Source: Macrostomum lignano (Eukaryota). From it: a stretch of DNA of 32,806 nt. Both the position numbers and the translations under genes were made by a program. How positions within the stretch are numbered: the stretch's first letter is position 1; each line of letters starts with the position of its first letter. The notes under the pieces are model-generated. The model was not told the DNA's origin and ran no database searches. It saw only the letters and a program-made list of their open reading frames with translations. Positions 21,101 to 29,883 of the stretch are shown in pieces. The stretch lies in assembly GCA_002269645.1 (NCBI GenBank), contig NIVC01001496.1, positions 1 to 32,806 of the forward strand, in the 5' to 3' direction.

Positions 21101-23841
21101 CGGATAAAATATCCGCAAATCGCAAGCCGCAATTCTATTTCTATTTGATTCAAATCGCTAAAGCGTTGTGGGTTATCTGCATTACCCAGTGCTCAAGTGA
21201 CTGCATCTTTAGTGAGAACTGCAATTTATGTTAAGGACTTACGCATGCAGTAGCGACCAACTTTCTTGAAGCCGCTCGGGCACACACGTCTGCGGCAGAG
21301 ACGGCCAGTCCTGCGCCAGCCTCTTGGGCATTTGCCAACAAAGCGTATCCGGGCACAGAATCTGCCCACTCGGCGGTAGAAACGGGGGCACCTGGTGTGC
21401 ACACAGCGCGATCCCCTGCGCACGTAGCCGGCCGGGCAGTTCAGCTTCTTGCAGACGCCTCGCACCTTTTTGTAACCTGCCGGACATCTTCGGCTGCCAC
21501 CCTTGGGTGGTCGGTAGACGCATCGAGATCCGCGTTTCCTGTAGTGTCTCGGGCAGACAATGCGAACGCAAGAAAAGCCACGTCTGTATCGCTTGACTCG
21601 TCTGAATCCACGTGCACATCTTCCAGCATTGATGACGCAGCGGAACCTGAAGCAGATGTAATACTTAGTATTTATTTTGTTCTTAAAGTATCTTGTATTC
21701 ACATTTGCTACTAAAGGAAAGTACCTGTAGCGCCTTCCGCGTCGCACGCGTCGCAGACTGTAACCGAGTGGGCACTTGGACGTGACGACAACGCACCTGA
21801 TCACTCCGCGGCGAATGCGCCGAGGCACCCGGCCGCTTGCACAGCGCTTGACACACCGCCTGCCTCGGCGGCGGTAGTTAAGCGGGCACGATCGAACGGT
21901 GCGCAAGCACTTTCTGCCTCTCCTGCGGTATCCTCTCGGGCATCTACAGTAAAAAATTGCACGCGCATCTTAGGTTTGCATTGCAACAATTTCAAATGCT
22001 ATGCTACTCGCAGTTTCAAAAATTACCTTGTCGATCCTCGGCGGAATCGGACGCAGCGCCTTCGATGGTAATAAAAGTTCTTGGGGCATCGGAAGCGATA
22101 GCGAACGCAAAAACGGCCACGGAGTCGGAATCCGGGCTTGCAGCTGCGGCGGCAGCTTCTACCGATCTTGATGAATCCACGACGGCACCGGACCAGGTGA
22201 CATCTGCCGCGGTAAACTCGATAGCCAGCTGCGCAGATGATGCGCATGCGCTTGATGCACCGGCTGCCTCTTCGACGGAAACCTTTGGGGCACCATTTTC
22301 GGGGCTTGTAGATTCGGTAGTAGCGAACGCACCGGGCGCCTCGGCGGACGTACGGCTTCGGGCAGTAAAGGCGGTAGCAACGATTTCCACGCTTCTTGTA
22401 TCCTCGTGGGCATTTGCGGAACAGACGCTTGACGAACTTGACAAAACGGGTTTTGAGCCGCTTCACACGACGGTAGATTGATCTCTTGATGATTCTTCCG
22501 CGCTTGGCCCGCCTTCGGAACCAGTCTCGAATCTTCTTCGCCGCTCTTGCCGCCGCTCTGGCCACTCTTCTAGCCTTGGCTCTAGCTAAAGCTTTTGCTC
22601 TTCTACTTGCTTTAGCGACGGCCCTGGCCAGAGCTCTGGCTCTTCGTCTCGCTGTGGCTTTGGCTCGCTTCAGGGCTAGAGCTCGTCTCCTGGCCCAGGC
22701 TCTCGCTCGGGCTGTGGCTCTTGCTTTTACTCTCGCCGCCGCCGCCGCCAAAGATCGGGCTCGGGCACGAATTAGGGCTTTGGCTCTGGCCAATGCTTTA
22801 GCTCTGGCTCTTGCTCTAGCTTTGGCTCTGGCCACTGCCCTGGCCAGGGCTCTGGCTTTTGCTCGGGCCAGTGCTCTCGTTCTGGCTCTTGCTCTAGCCA
22901 ATGCTCTAGCCACAGCTCTTGCCTTAGCCCGGGCTCTAGCTTTAGCACGTGCCAAGGCTCTGGCGACGGCCCGGGCACGAGCTCTGGCTCTGGCCCTTGC
23001 TCTCGCCGCTGCCTTGGCCAAAGCCCTAGCCCTGGCTTTGGCGATTGCGCGAGCTCTTGCGCGAGCTCTTGCCAAACGTCTGGCCAAAGCTCTAGCCCTG
23101 GCTCTAGCGATTGCTCTAGCTCTGGCTCGTGCTTTTGCCAACCGCCTGGCGATGGCCCGGGCACGAGCTTTAGCTCTGGCCCTTGCTCTGGCCGCTGCTC
23201 TAGCCGCTGCTCTGGCCAAAGCCCTTGCCTTGGCGCGAGCTCTTGCGCGTGCTCTTGCCACACGCCTGGCCAAAGCTTTAGCCTTGGCTCTAGCGATTGC
23301 GCGAGCTCTTGCGCGTGCTCTTGCCACACGTCTGGCCAAAGCTCTAGCTCTGGCTCTGGCAATTGCGCGAGCTCTTGCGCGGGCTCTTGCCAACCGTTTG
23401 GCTAAAGCTCTAGCCCTGGCTCTAGCAATGGCCCTGGCTCTGGCCCTGGCTCTAGCAGCAGCTCTGGCCCTGGCTCGAGCCCAAGCTCTGGCTCTGGCCC
23501 GCGCTCTTGCCGCAGCTCTGGCTGCTCTCCGCCGAGCCAGCAAGATGCGGCGCCTGAGGGCCCTGGCCCTCTGAATCGCCAGCCGCCTCAGCCTGGCGGC
23601 TCTCGCTCGGATGCGACGCATGCGTTTGCACGCCCATCCGCATCTGAAAGCGAGTGGAAAAAAGGCGTTAGGATTGTTCAGCACCTTCAACGCTAATTGA
23701 AAAAGCCTGCTGTTAAAAATAAGGGCAGGAATGATTCGAAGACAAAAATATGACTCAAACTCACCCCCAGGACTCTCCAACGTCGCTGGTTAGCGCAAGA
23801 AAAAGACAAACAGAAAGAAGAAACAGCACTGTGAGACGCAT
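27..23841 (-). CDS. Gene L: giant secreted polycationic modular protein (signal peptide, RA repeat, CPxG hairpins, 2x vWA, FOLN-like Cys modules, 15x SUEL lectin); 3' end probably beyond the left edge
   Basis: Manually spliced with GT-AG introns and consistent phases. Exons in transcript order: 23841-23765, 23643-22027, 21943-21725, 21646-21243, 21069-21019, 20918-20874, 20783-20688, 20580-20342, 20246-20005, 19867-19338, 19082-18966, 18865-18570, 18475-18281, 18171-17745, 17662-17531, 17451-17344, then 30 array exons 17094-3337, then 3220-2348, 2254-1343, 1228-791, 699-416, 341-231 and probably 126-27. The summed coding length is about 17.2 kb. Single-base frameshifts occur near 14565, 6504, 3715 and 441. 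Confidence 0.85.
231..341 (-). CDS. Gene L exon with CPxG hairpins: KFCPSGYRRRGRTCVGYYRVCPRTFTMIRNKRGGRCI
   Basis: Acceptor ttttag|AG at 342, donor ATCA|GTAAGC at 230. It is 111 nt, phase 1-1, and is not in the ORF track. Confidence 0.75.
416..3220 (-). CDS. Gene L post-array exons (3220-2348, 2254-1343, 1228-791, 699-416): six FOLN-like Cys modules with long Arg/Lys-rich insertions
   Basis: Examples: LCAKKRCSKGKRC...AVC, NQCSKVKCKSGFSC...ARC, SCRKVRCSAGKRC...AMC, NPCRRKRCRRGYRC...GRC, NPCSRKKCGKNRRC...AVC, NPCRKKRCPSGSRC...(VARC). The last exon needs +1 nt near 441. Confidence 0.85.
15981..16169 (-). CDS. Representative array exon A: first three Cys of a follistatin-N-like module plus Arg-rich segment
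   Basis: GKKCGRRTCRRNQKCVTRRSSRRIRSLRR...ARYRR. Acceptor catactcag|GC, donor CGCC|GTAAGC, phase 1-1. Confidence 0.85.
16352..16813 (-). CDS. Representative array exon B: SUEL-type (Gal_lectin / rhamnose-binding lectin) domain plus Arg-rich helix and closing Cys
   Basis: ACEGKSLTIRC...FYGR...C...C...C...C...NAVFGDPCRGTYKYMTVRYRC contains all 8 Cys and the YGR and DPC..T.KY signatures of SUEL domains. Acceptor cttcag|GA, donor AGAG|GTTAGT. Confidence 0.92.
17344..17662 (-). CDS. Gene L: two single-module follistatin-N-like exons (17662-17531, 17451-17344)
   Basis: NPCKKMRCQKGRKCIVR...AVCVKR and NLCRRVRCGRYRRCIVRR...ARCVGP fit C-x4-C-x5-C...C. Both are phase 1-1. A similar exon lies at 19082-18966. 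Confidence 0.8.
17745..18865 (-). CDS. Gene L vWA domain 2, hemicentin/VWA7 type (exons 18865-18570, 18475-18281, 18171-17745)
   Basis: Motifs MAFVVDTTGSM, FVISAFNDPKVGPI, GGGDCPERS, VIYVFTDAS and QVMFIITG.LCG. Splice phases (1, 0, 0, 1) are consistent. Confidence 0.9.
19338..20580 (-). CDS. Gene L vWA domain 1, hemicentin/VWA7 type (exons 20580-20342, 20246-20005, 19867-19338)
   Basis: Motifs VAFVVDVSGSM (MIDAS DxSxS), FILVPFADPKVGPV, GGGDCPEMS, IVYVFTDAS and VQLNFLLTG..CG match the N-terminal vWA of hemicentin-1 (FVFDVTGSM...LVPFHDPEIGPV...GGGDCPEMS...IYVFTDA). Confidence 0.9.
20688..21943 (-). CDS. Gene L exons 3-7: tandem C-P-x-G-[YF]-x4-G-x2-C hairpin repeats
   Basis: Exons 21943-21725, 21646-21243, 21069-21019 (RKSCPSGFVRRGRACYR), 20918-20874 (ARCARGFKKMGSVCI) and 20783-20688 (RRCPSGTRTTRYFCIRKRCPKFFRRVGQSCVR). 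All have canonical splice sites and in-frame lengths. Confidence 0.8.
22027..23643 (-). CDS. Gene L exon 2 (1617 nt): Arg/Lys-Ala alternating low-complexity region followed by 7 CPxG-type Cys hairpins
   Basis: Lies within ORF 22023..23780. Acceptor at 23644, donor ACAAG|GTAATT at 22026. The length is a multiple of 3 (phase 2-2). Confidence 0.85.
23765..23841 (-). CDS. Gene L exon 1: signal peptide MRLTVLFLLSVCLFLALTSDVGES-W
   Basis: ATG at 23841, basic n-region (MR), hydrophobic core and small-residue cleavage region. The donor GG|GTGAGT (phase 2) matches the phase-2 acceptor ctttcag|A TGC GGA at 23643, giving WGCGWACKR. This exon is not in the supplied ORF track. Confidence 0.85.
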
Positions 23842-23849
23842 CTTGTTGT

Positions 23850-23862
23850 CTGCAAAGCAACG
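23850..23862 (-). promoter_or_regulatory. 3' splice acceptor 8 nt upstream of the gene L start codon
   Basis: The minus strand reads tttccgttgctttgcag|acaacaagATG. Confidence 0.5.
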
Positions 23863-24568
23863 GAAAAACTTGGCATGACTCAAGCAAAGGGAACTCAGGA
23901 GACAGAGTTATGCTTCCAGTGAAAGCATTGAAACTTACCGATACGTCAGCAGTGTCGCTCAGGAAAGAGTTGGATCCACACAGCAAGCGTGGAAGGGGCC
24001 CGAATTTATCAGCTTGTAGAAGCCGGGGTGTCCGAGGAGGGTGGGGGCAGCAGTTGATCCACAGGTGGATAGCGGGGCGACGGCGCAGCTCTTGAGAGCC
24101 CCGAGTTCCACATGTTGCCGAAGAGCTGCAGTCCCCCCCCACCCACGGCTTCGCCTCGCGCGGGGGTCTGGGTGACTGGGAGACGCATTCGCTGTCCAAA
24201 CACTGGCACTGGGCTCCCACCCCTCTCATCCTCGCCACAGCGAGTCTTCAGTTGGCAGGCAGTGCAGCGGGCCGCCGCAGCAGCAGTTGCCAGGGCGGCA
24301 GAGATCCCACTTGAATAATCTGTCCGCTCAGCATTTTTTGTCGAAATTGCTTCTGCTTGCAAATTTCTTTGACCCACCCCACCTCCACAGATCAGCGCCT
24401 CTGAAGCGCTCGAAACCATGGCGAGGCGTCACTTTTGAGAGCCTGTTTCTTTTTTCGAGAAGTCTGCTTTTGCTCAAATCCTACTTGAACGCAACATTAG
24501 CTGGGACAACTTCAGGGCTAGCGGAATGGGCGACGCTCGCCTCCCCGCTGCGTCTTCGGACGCCCTGC

Positions 24569-25277
24569 AGCTAAGTCAAGTTAAGTCAAGGACAACTCAA
24601 GTAGAAGGACGGGAAATTATGTTCTTAGAAAAAGTTAAGGAGCTGCATGGTTTTCGCCGAAAATGGAACTTTTCTTCACGTTTTCTATTAAAACTGTTAT
24701 TTCTTTCGATAGGAGACAGACCCAATGCTCATCTTTTGATATGTTGTGCCTTTCTTATAGCTCTATTGACATTCATAAAGCTTTTCGTTCAGAAAATTAG
24801 GATTCTTCTATGTTAAATGTTTCTTGTACGTACAAATTGCATATCTCGGCTCAGCTCATTGGTGTTATGAATCTATTCTATCATTCTTAGCTGACTGTGT
24901 AGCAATATGTGTGACAGAGATGGTAAAATAGGTTCATAAAACCAATGAGTCAAACTGTGCCATGCGTTTCTATGATTTTTAGGTACAGGAAATGTACGCA
25001 GAATAAAAAATAAACATAGAATCCTGATTTTCTCAACGAAAAGCTCTATGAATATCAATAGAGCAATAAGAAAGGCACAACATATCAAAAGATGAGCATG
25101 GGTTCTGCCTCCTATCAAAAGAAATAACAATTTTAATATGAAAAAACGTGAAAAGTTCCTATCTCCGTAGTGTATTTTTCGGCGAAAACTGCAGCCTCCT
25201 TAACTTTTTCTAAGAAACGTAGTTTCCCGTCCTTCCAGCTCGTACTTGAGTGGTCCTTGAACATTACTTGACAAGCT
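24569..25277. mobile_element. Foldback / MITE-like element with about 250-bp imperfect inverted arms and about 200-bp spacer
   Basis: 24569-24814 is the reverse complement of 25013-25277. For example tgctcatcttttgatatgttgtgcctttctta matches taagaaaggcacaacatatcaaaagatgagca. The ORF track shows near-identical peptides on opposite strands (HLLICCAFLIALL). No transposase is present. Confidence 0.7.
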
Positions 25278-25895
25278 TTGAAACAAAATACTTTGCTAGG
25301 CTACCTGAGCTGTTTGGGACTTAGCATCCGACTTTTGCAAGCTGTGGGAAATGGGGATGCAATGGTCCAGGCCTCAGACTTCTGGGGAATCATTCATACC
25401 GACATTCGGAATCCACTGCGTTTGAAACCAAGTGGCAGCTCGTATATCAAGATTGAACGTCTGAGCTGTTTCTGTGCTCACAAAAAAAGAAAAATGCCAA
25501 TACGCACTCGCATTTTAAGGCTCTGAAATCCGGAGAAAGTTGGAAAGATTTTATCGTACGCTCGTAATTTGATACTGCACAGGAATTTGATCGCGTGTTG
25601 TGTTTTTTTAAATTTCATTCTGTCCATCGGCCCAATTTACGTGTTTGCTCGAGCGTAACCGTTTGGTCGCCAGTATTTCATGAACTTTTTAGCGTCGATG
25701 ACCTTGTACCGGTAAGTAACCTAAGGGTATAAACATGTGGCTCAGATGATAATAAAAATATTCCCTTTTTTCTTATTCATTATCTAACAATCAAATTCTT
25801 AAGTCAGTTAGCTAGTCATCTTGCTACCGAAGCAGTCGCGAACGGTTTGTCACATCTTGGACGGGGCATTCAACGGCCCAAGAGACAGGGGGCGG

Positions 25896-26402
25896 CAGGG
25901 ACGCCAACCAAGACACAGGGCGCCAACCAAGACACAGGGGCGCCAACCAAGACACAGGGACGCCAGTCAAGACACAGGGACGCCAATCAAGACACAGGGG
26001 CACCAATCAAGACACAGGGACGCCAATCAAGACACAGGGACGCCAGTCAAGACACAGGGACGCCAATCAAGACACAGGGGCACCAATCAAGACACAGGGA
26101 CGCCAATCAAGACACAGGGACGCCAGTCAAGACACAGGGACGCCAATCAAGACACAGGAACGCCAATCAAGACACAGGAACGCCAATCAAGACACGGATG
26201 CCAGTCAAGACACAGGGGCGCCAACCAAGACACAGGGCGCCAACCAAGACACAGGGCGCCAACCAAGACACAGGGCGCCAACCAAGACACAGGGCGCCAA
26301 CCAAGACACAGGGCGCCAACCAAGACACAGGGCGCCAACCAAGACACAGGGCGCCAACCAAGACACAGGGCGCCAACCAAGACACAGGGACGCCAAGACA
26401 CC
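25896..26402 (+). repeat. Minisatellite with 20-bp (aagacacagggacgccaatc) and 19-bp (aagacacagggcgccaacc) units, about 25 copies
   Basis: Direct inspection. Overlapping ORFs in several frames are repeat artefacts. Confidence 0.92.
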
Positions 26403-26467
26403 AAATACTGGCGCCCCCCCCCCTTACAAAAAACAAAATACTCTGCCAGGGTCTTTAGAAGTCAGCG

Positions 26468-26920
26468 TCACAGGGCGCGCTTCTGAGCCGGTTCGCGAAA
26501 GAAGGCCGCGCCGCCGACCGAATCCGGGGCGCCGGCATCAGCCAGCAGGCAGTCGACGAAATGCCGAGTCCGCGCCTGTCCCTGCCAGTAGGGTGCCTGC
26601 AGCGTCAGCAGCACCTCCTGCACCGGCTGCGGGCAGTGCGACTCGGCGCGGATGATGTGGCCTGCCAGCTGGAGTCGCTGACGGCGCAACAGGCGGCTTG
26701 GACGGACACGGCCGGCGCGGCGATGCTGTGTCGCATTGGTGACTCGCTCGTCGCCGATCTTGAAGGCGATGCGCAGCTGCTCAAGTGAGTCTGTCAGCGT
26801 CCAGGTCTCGGTGTTGCACAGCAGGAGGGTCTCGAGCACTACCTGAAACAGTGCCACCCTCTGGTGGTCAGGTAGGGCCTCGGACTGCAGAACTGCCCTC
26901 ACAGAACGAAAAGCAAGCAA
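26468..26920 (-). mobile_element. Decayed 3' fragment of a non-LTR retrotransposon ORF (RT C-terminal region, RTE/L2-like)
   Basis: LLLCNTETWTLT...VTN...RRQRLQLAGHIIR resembles the LLYGxETWxL...RRLRWAGHVxR region downstream of LINE RT domains. No RT catalytic core is visible. Confidence 0.65.
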
Positions 26921-27088
26921 AGCAAAGAGATCCTCACGGATGCCGGGAACCAGACCGCCCGGGTAGATGAGCTGCTGTAACCAAAATGACCGCTAAAATT
27001 AATTTGGACAGGTCATTAATTTTTTTAGCCATGGCATTTCGAATTTTTTCTAAAGGCTTTTCGAGTATTACGCTACAGATCAAAGAAA

Positions 27089-27937
27089 ATGATGCTGCCG
27101 TTGAGCAACATAGATGAGCTTCGCGCCTGGGTTGAAGTATTTGACGCCCAGGCCAGATCCAAAGGAGTCGAAGATACCGACGAGAGACGAGCGCTGACCG
27201 ACGCTTTCATGGGCTGCCTCGGGGTCGCTGAGCTCATAAAAGTCAAGCAGCTGGTTGCTCCAAAAACCCCGTCTGCGATGAAATGGTCTGAAATCAAGCA
27301 ATGCCTACTGGCGTTTGTGGAGCCCAAGAAGAAACTGCAGATCGCTGAGAGGACAGCCTTCATGTCTATGCGCCAGGCCGAAGGCGAAACCGTCACCAGC
27401 TATGCCGCTCGTCTCAGGGAGCAAGCCGTCGTATGCGAGTTCGAGAGCCTGAAAAAGGAAGGAGCGGACCCCGCCGAAGCGCTCATCAAGATGCGGCTCA
27501 TTGCCGGTCTGGCCAACTCGAACATCAGGAACAAGGTGCTCGAGTGTGAAGTGACTCAAGAACTGACGGTCGATCAGGTCACAGAATATGTTCAGCAGCT
27601 GCTGATGGTCAGCAACTTTTCAGCTGGGTCCCAGGCTGCTGCTCACTCGACTCTCGTGGATTCGGTGGTGCACCAGGCTAGGTCGCTGTCGACCGCGGGT
27701 CTGACTACGGCTGATGAAGCTCACTGCCATCCGGATAGCTCCGGCTCTGTCAACGTTAATTCGGTTATGAGGCAGAAGCAGAACTTCGGACACCAGCGCT
27801 GTCAGCGTTGCGGGTTGAGATCGCACCAGAAGCCCGCTGACTGCCGAGCCCTGAGAGCCACCTGCAATCAATGTGGAAAGCCTGGCCACTTTCTTAGCTC
27901 AGTTGCTCAGCAGCTAGCTCAGTTGCTCAGCAGCTAG
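27089..27937 (+). mobile_element. Truncated Ty3/Gypsy-like gag ORF
   Basis: MRQAEGETVTSYAARLREQAVVCEF, LIAGL...IRNKVL, and Zn-knuckle-like CQRCGLRSH...C plus CNQCGKPGHF, whose last Cys is lost where a 20-bp duplication begins near 27896. No pol or LTR is recognisable in the window. Confidence 0.75.
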
Positions 27938-29797
27938 CTCAGTAGCTTAGTTGGTAGCATTGGCTTGACAAAAATTTGAATCAACCTTGGAGAATAAATT
28001 TAAAATTCGAATGCTCTGACTGTGAGAAGATGTCAGTTCTCACTGATAACACGCGGGAAACTAAAAACATAAAACTGCTTAAATAATAAGAAAACTTTTT
28101 ATTTGCCTGTCTTTGTGATAAAGCCCTTTCGTTTATGTTATAAAATATTTATAAGGAAGGAGGAAGGACCAAAAAAAGCCAAGCATCAAGGCGAGATTCA
28201 GTGAAGCGTCCCGCTAGTTGTCACTGTCCAGACTATGTTTAACTTGGCTATGCTTGATTGTTTAAAATACTGAAATAGCAATTTAAACAAAGCAGTTGTG
28301 AGTATTTGCTCGAACTTTGAGTCAAGTCAAATGAAAGTCAGAGCTTTGACAAAGCTCATCTCCGCTTTCAGTTTCTCCTGGCTATAATTGAACAGAAAAA
28401 GATTGAAAAAGATCCCAGCAAAAATATTTCGCTAAGCGTTGCAAAAATTCAGCTTTTTCCCTGCAAAAAATTCCCGACAGGAGCTGCAGCTGCGGCCGGG
28501 GCAGGAAGGTTCCTCGAGGCTGTTGACGCTGCTCAAAAATCGATGCTGAACAGTTGCTGTTCGCCCCCGTGAGCAGCAGAAGGTGAAGACTGGAAGACGG
28601 CTGCGGTGGAAAAAAAGTTTTTTTCGCCAAAGCGAGGAGTGAGAAAGGGAAAAATGGATTCCAAGGCTTCGATTTGGGGAGGTTGTTGATTGGGGCGCCA
28701 ACTGGCCAAGGGCCGTCAGCCGCGCTGCTCTCGGCTCGGGGCGGCTTCATGCGGAGCAGAGAGTCGCGTGCTGAGCAGGGAGGGAGCCCTCAGGCTCCCG
28801 GCAGGGTCGCTGGGAGAAAATTCTGCGACGGTCAGCAAAAATTGAGTCGTCAGGTGTGAGGCAACTGATCGAAACCAAACCATAGAACTTTTCAATCGGG
28901 TTTAAACTTCGTTAATGAATTCGTATACGCCTCTCTCTCTGTTTCCACAACTGAGATGCTCCTTTGCATTTGCATTCAGCCATCGATGACCCAGCTGACT
29001 CAAGCTGCTCCGGAGGCCCCTGTTACCTTCAGGGTCTTCATTGGAGATGGTGATTGGAGATCTTCCTTGAGGGGGAGCTTCATTGAAGCTGCGGTTTTGA
29101 ACTTTCAGTCATCGAAGACACAAAAAGGCATAGCAGCTCGAGAGCATGTCGTTAAGGCCTTGGAAGCGCTGAGTTGAGGACTAATATACCAAAAAGCTCA
29201 ATAACTGCATCTTAGCTAGACTTCACCTGCGCAATATGACACGTGCATAAAGTTGGAGCAAGTTCACGTCTGAAATATTCTGTATTATCCTGTACCAGCC
29301 TGTCTGTTTTCCGCTCTTTACAGCTGCCATTGCAGCAGGCACTGGCAGCAATGCCTGACTACATTGCCCATATACTCATCACGAGGCTTAAAATGCAATC
29401 GAACTAGAGAAGCGAAAGAGGCGAATTCAACAAATCAAACGGTTATTATGTTAATTAGAAGTAATTGAATAGTTTTTTAGAAGATATGCTCATCAGTAGT
29501 CGGTGTCGGTGGAACAAAGCTAAATTCAAAAGTTGGAGGCTTGTTGAAACTGTCACCAATCTTTAACCACACATAGTTTTGTGCAAATTTTATTGATGCG
29601 CGCTCTCTCAGTCGCATAAGTTAGCTCATATTCTTGGCCCAATTGACTTAACTCCAGTTAATACCAGGTACCTCTGTTATTTGATCATTCTACCCATCGA
29701 ACTGTGGTTTTGGAAGCAAAACATCGGGTGACAATTCATTCTTGCTGATTTGAGTTGTTTTTGCGTGACAAGATGTTTTGATAATTAAATAGCCATA

Positions 29798-29803
29798 TTT
29801 ATT
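29798..29803 (-). promoter_or_regulatory. Putative polyadenylation signal (AATAAA) of gene R
   Basis: The plus strand reads tttatt about 80 nt downstream of the TGA at 29884-29886. Confidence 0.55.
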
Positions 29804-29883
29804 TTCCAAAGCCAATAATCCTCGTCATTTGAGGGAGAGAGGAAATTCTATCACCACACTTAGTCTATCAACGAGGAAGCTGA

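Noticed and set aside
22486-23574. Plus-strand 362-aa (ALALAR)n ORF
   Set aside because: It is the antisense shadow of the minus-strand RA repeat. The minus strand has the signal-peptide exon and matching splice sites.
25821-26486. Long ORFs over the minisatellite (TKTQGRQ..., WRPVSWLAPCV...)
   Set aside because: These are stop-free frames produced by a 19/20-bp repeat, open in several frames on both strands.
28380-29180. Short ORFs in the GC-rich intergenic patch
   Set aside because: No recognisable motifs or splice-supported structure.
23842-29883. Genes R and L being one continuous gene
   Set aside because: Gene R has an in-frame stop plus AATAAA, and gene L has its own ATG and signal peptide.
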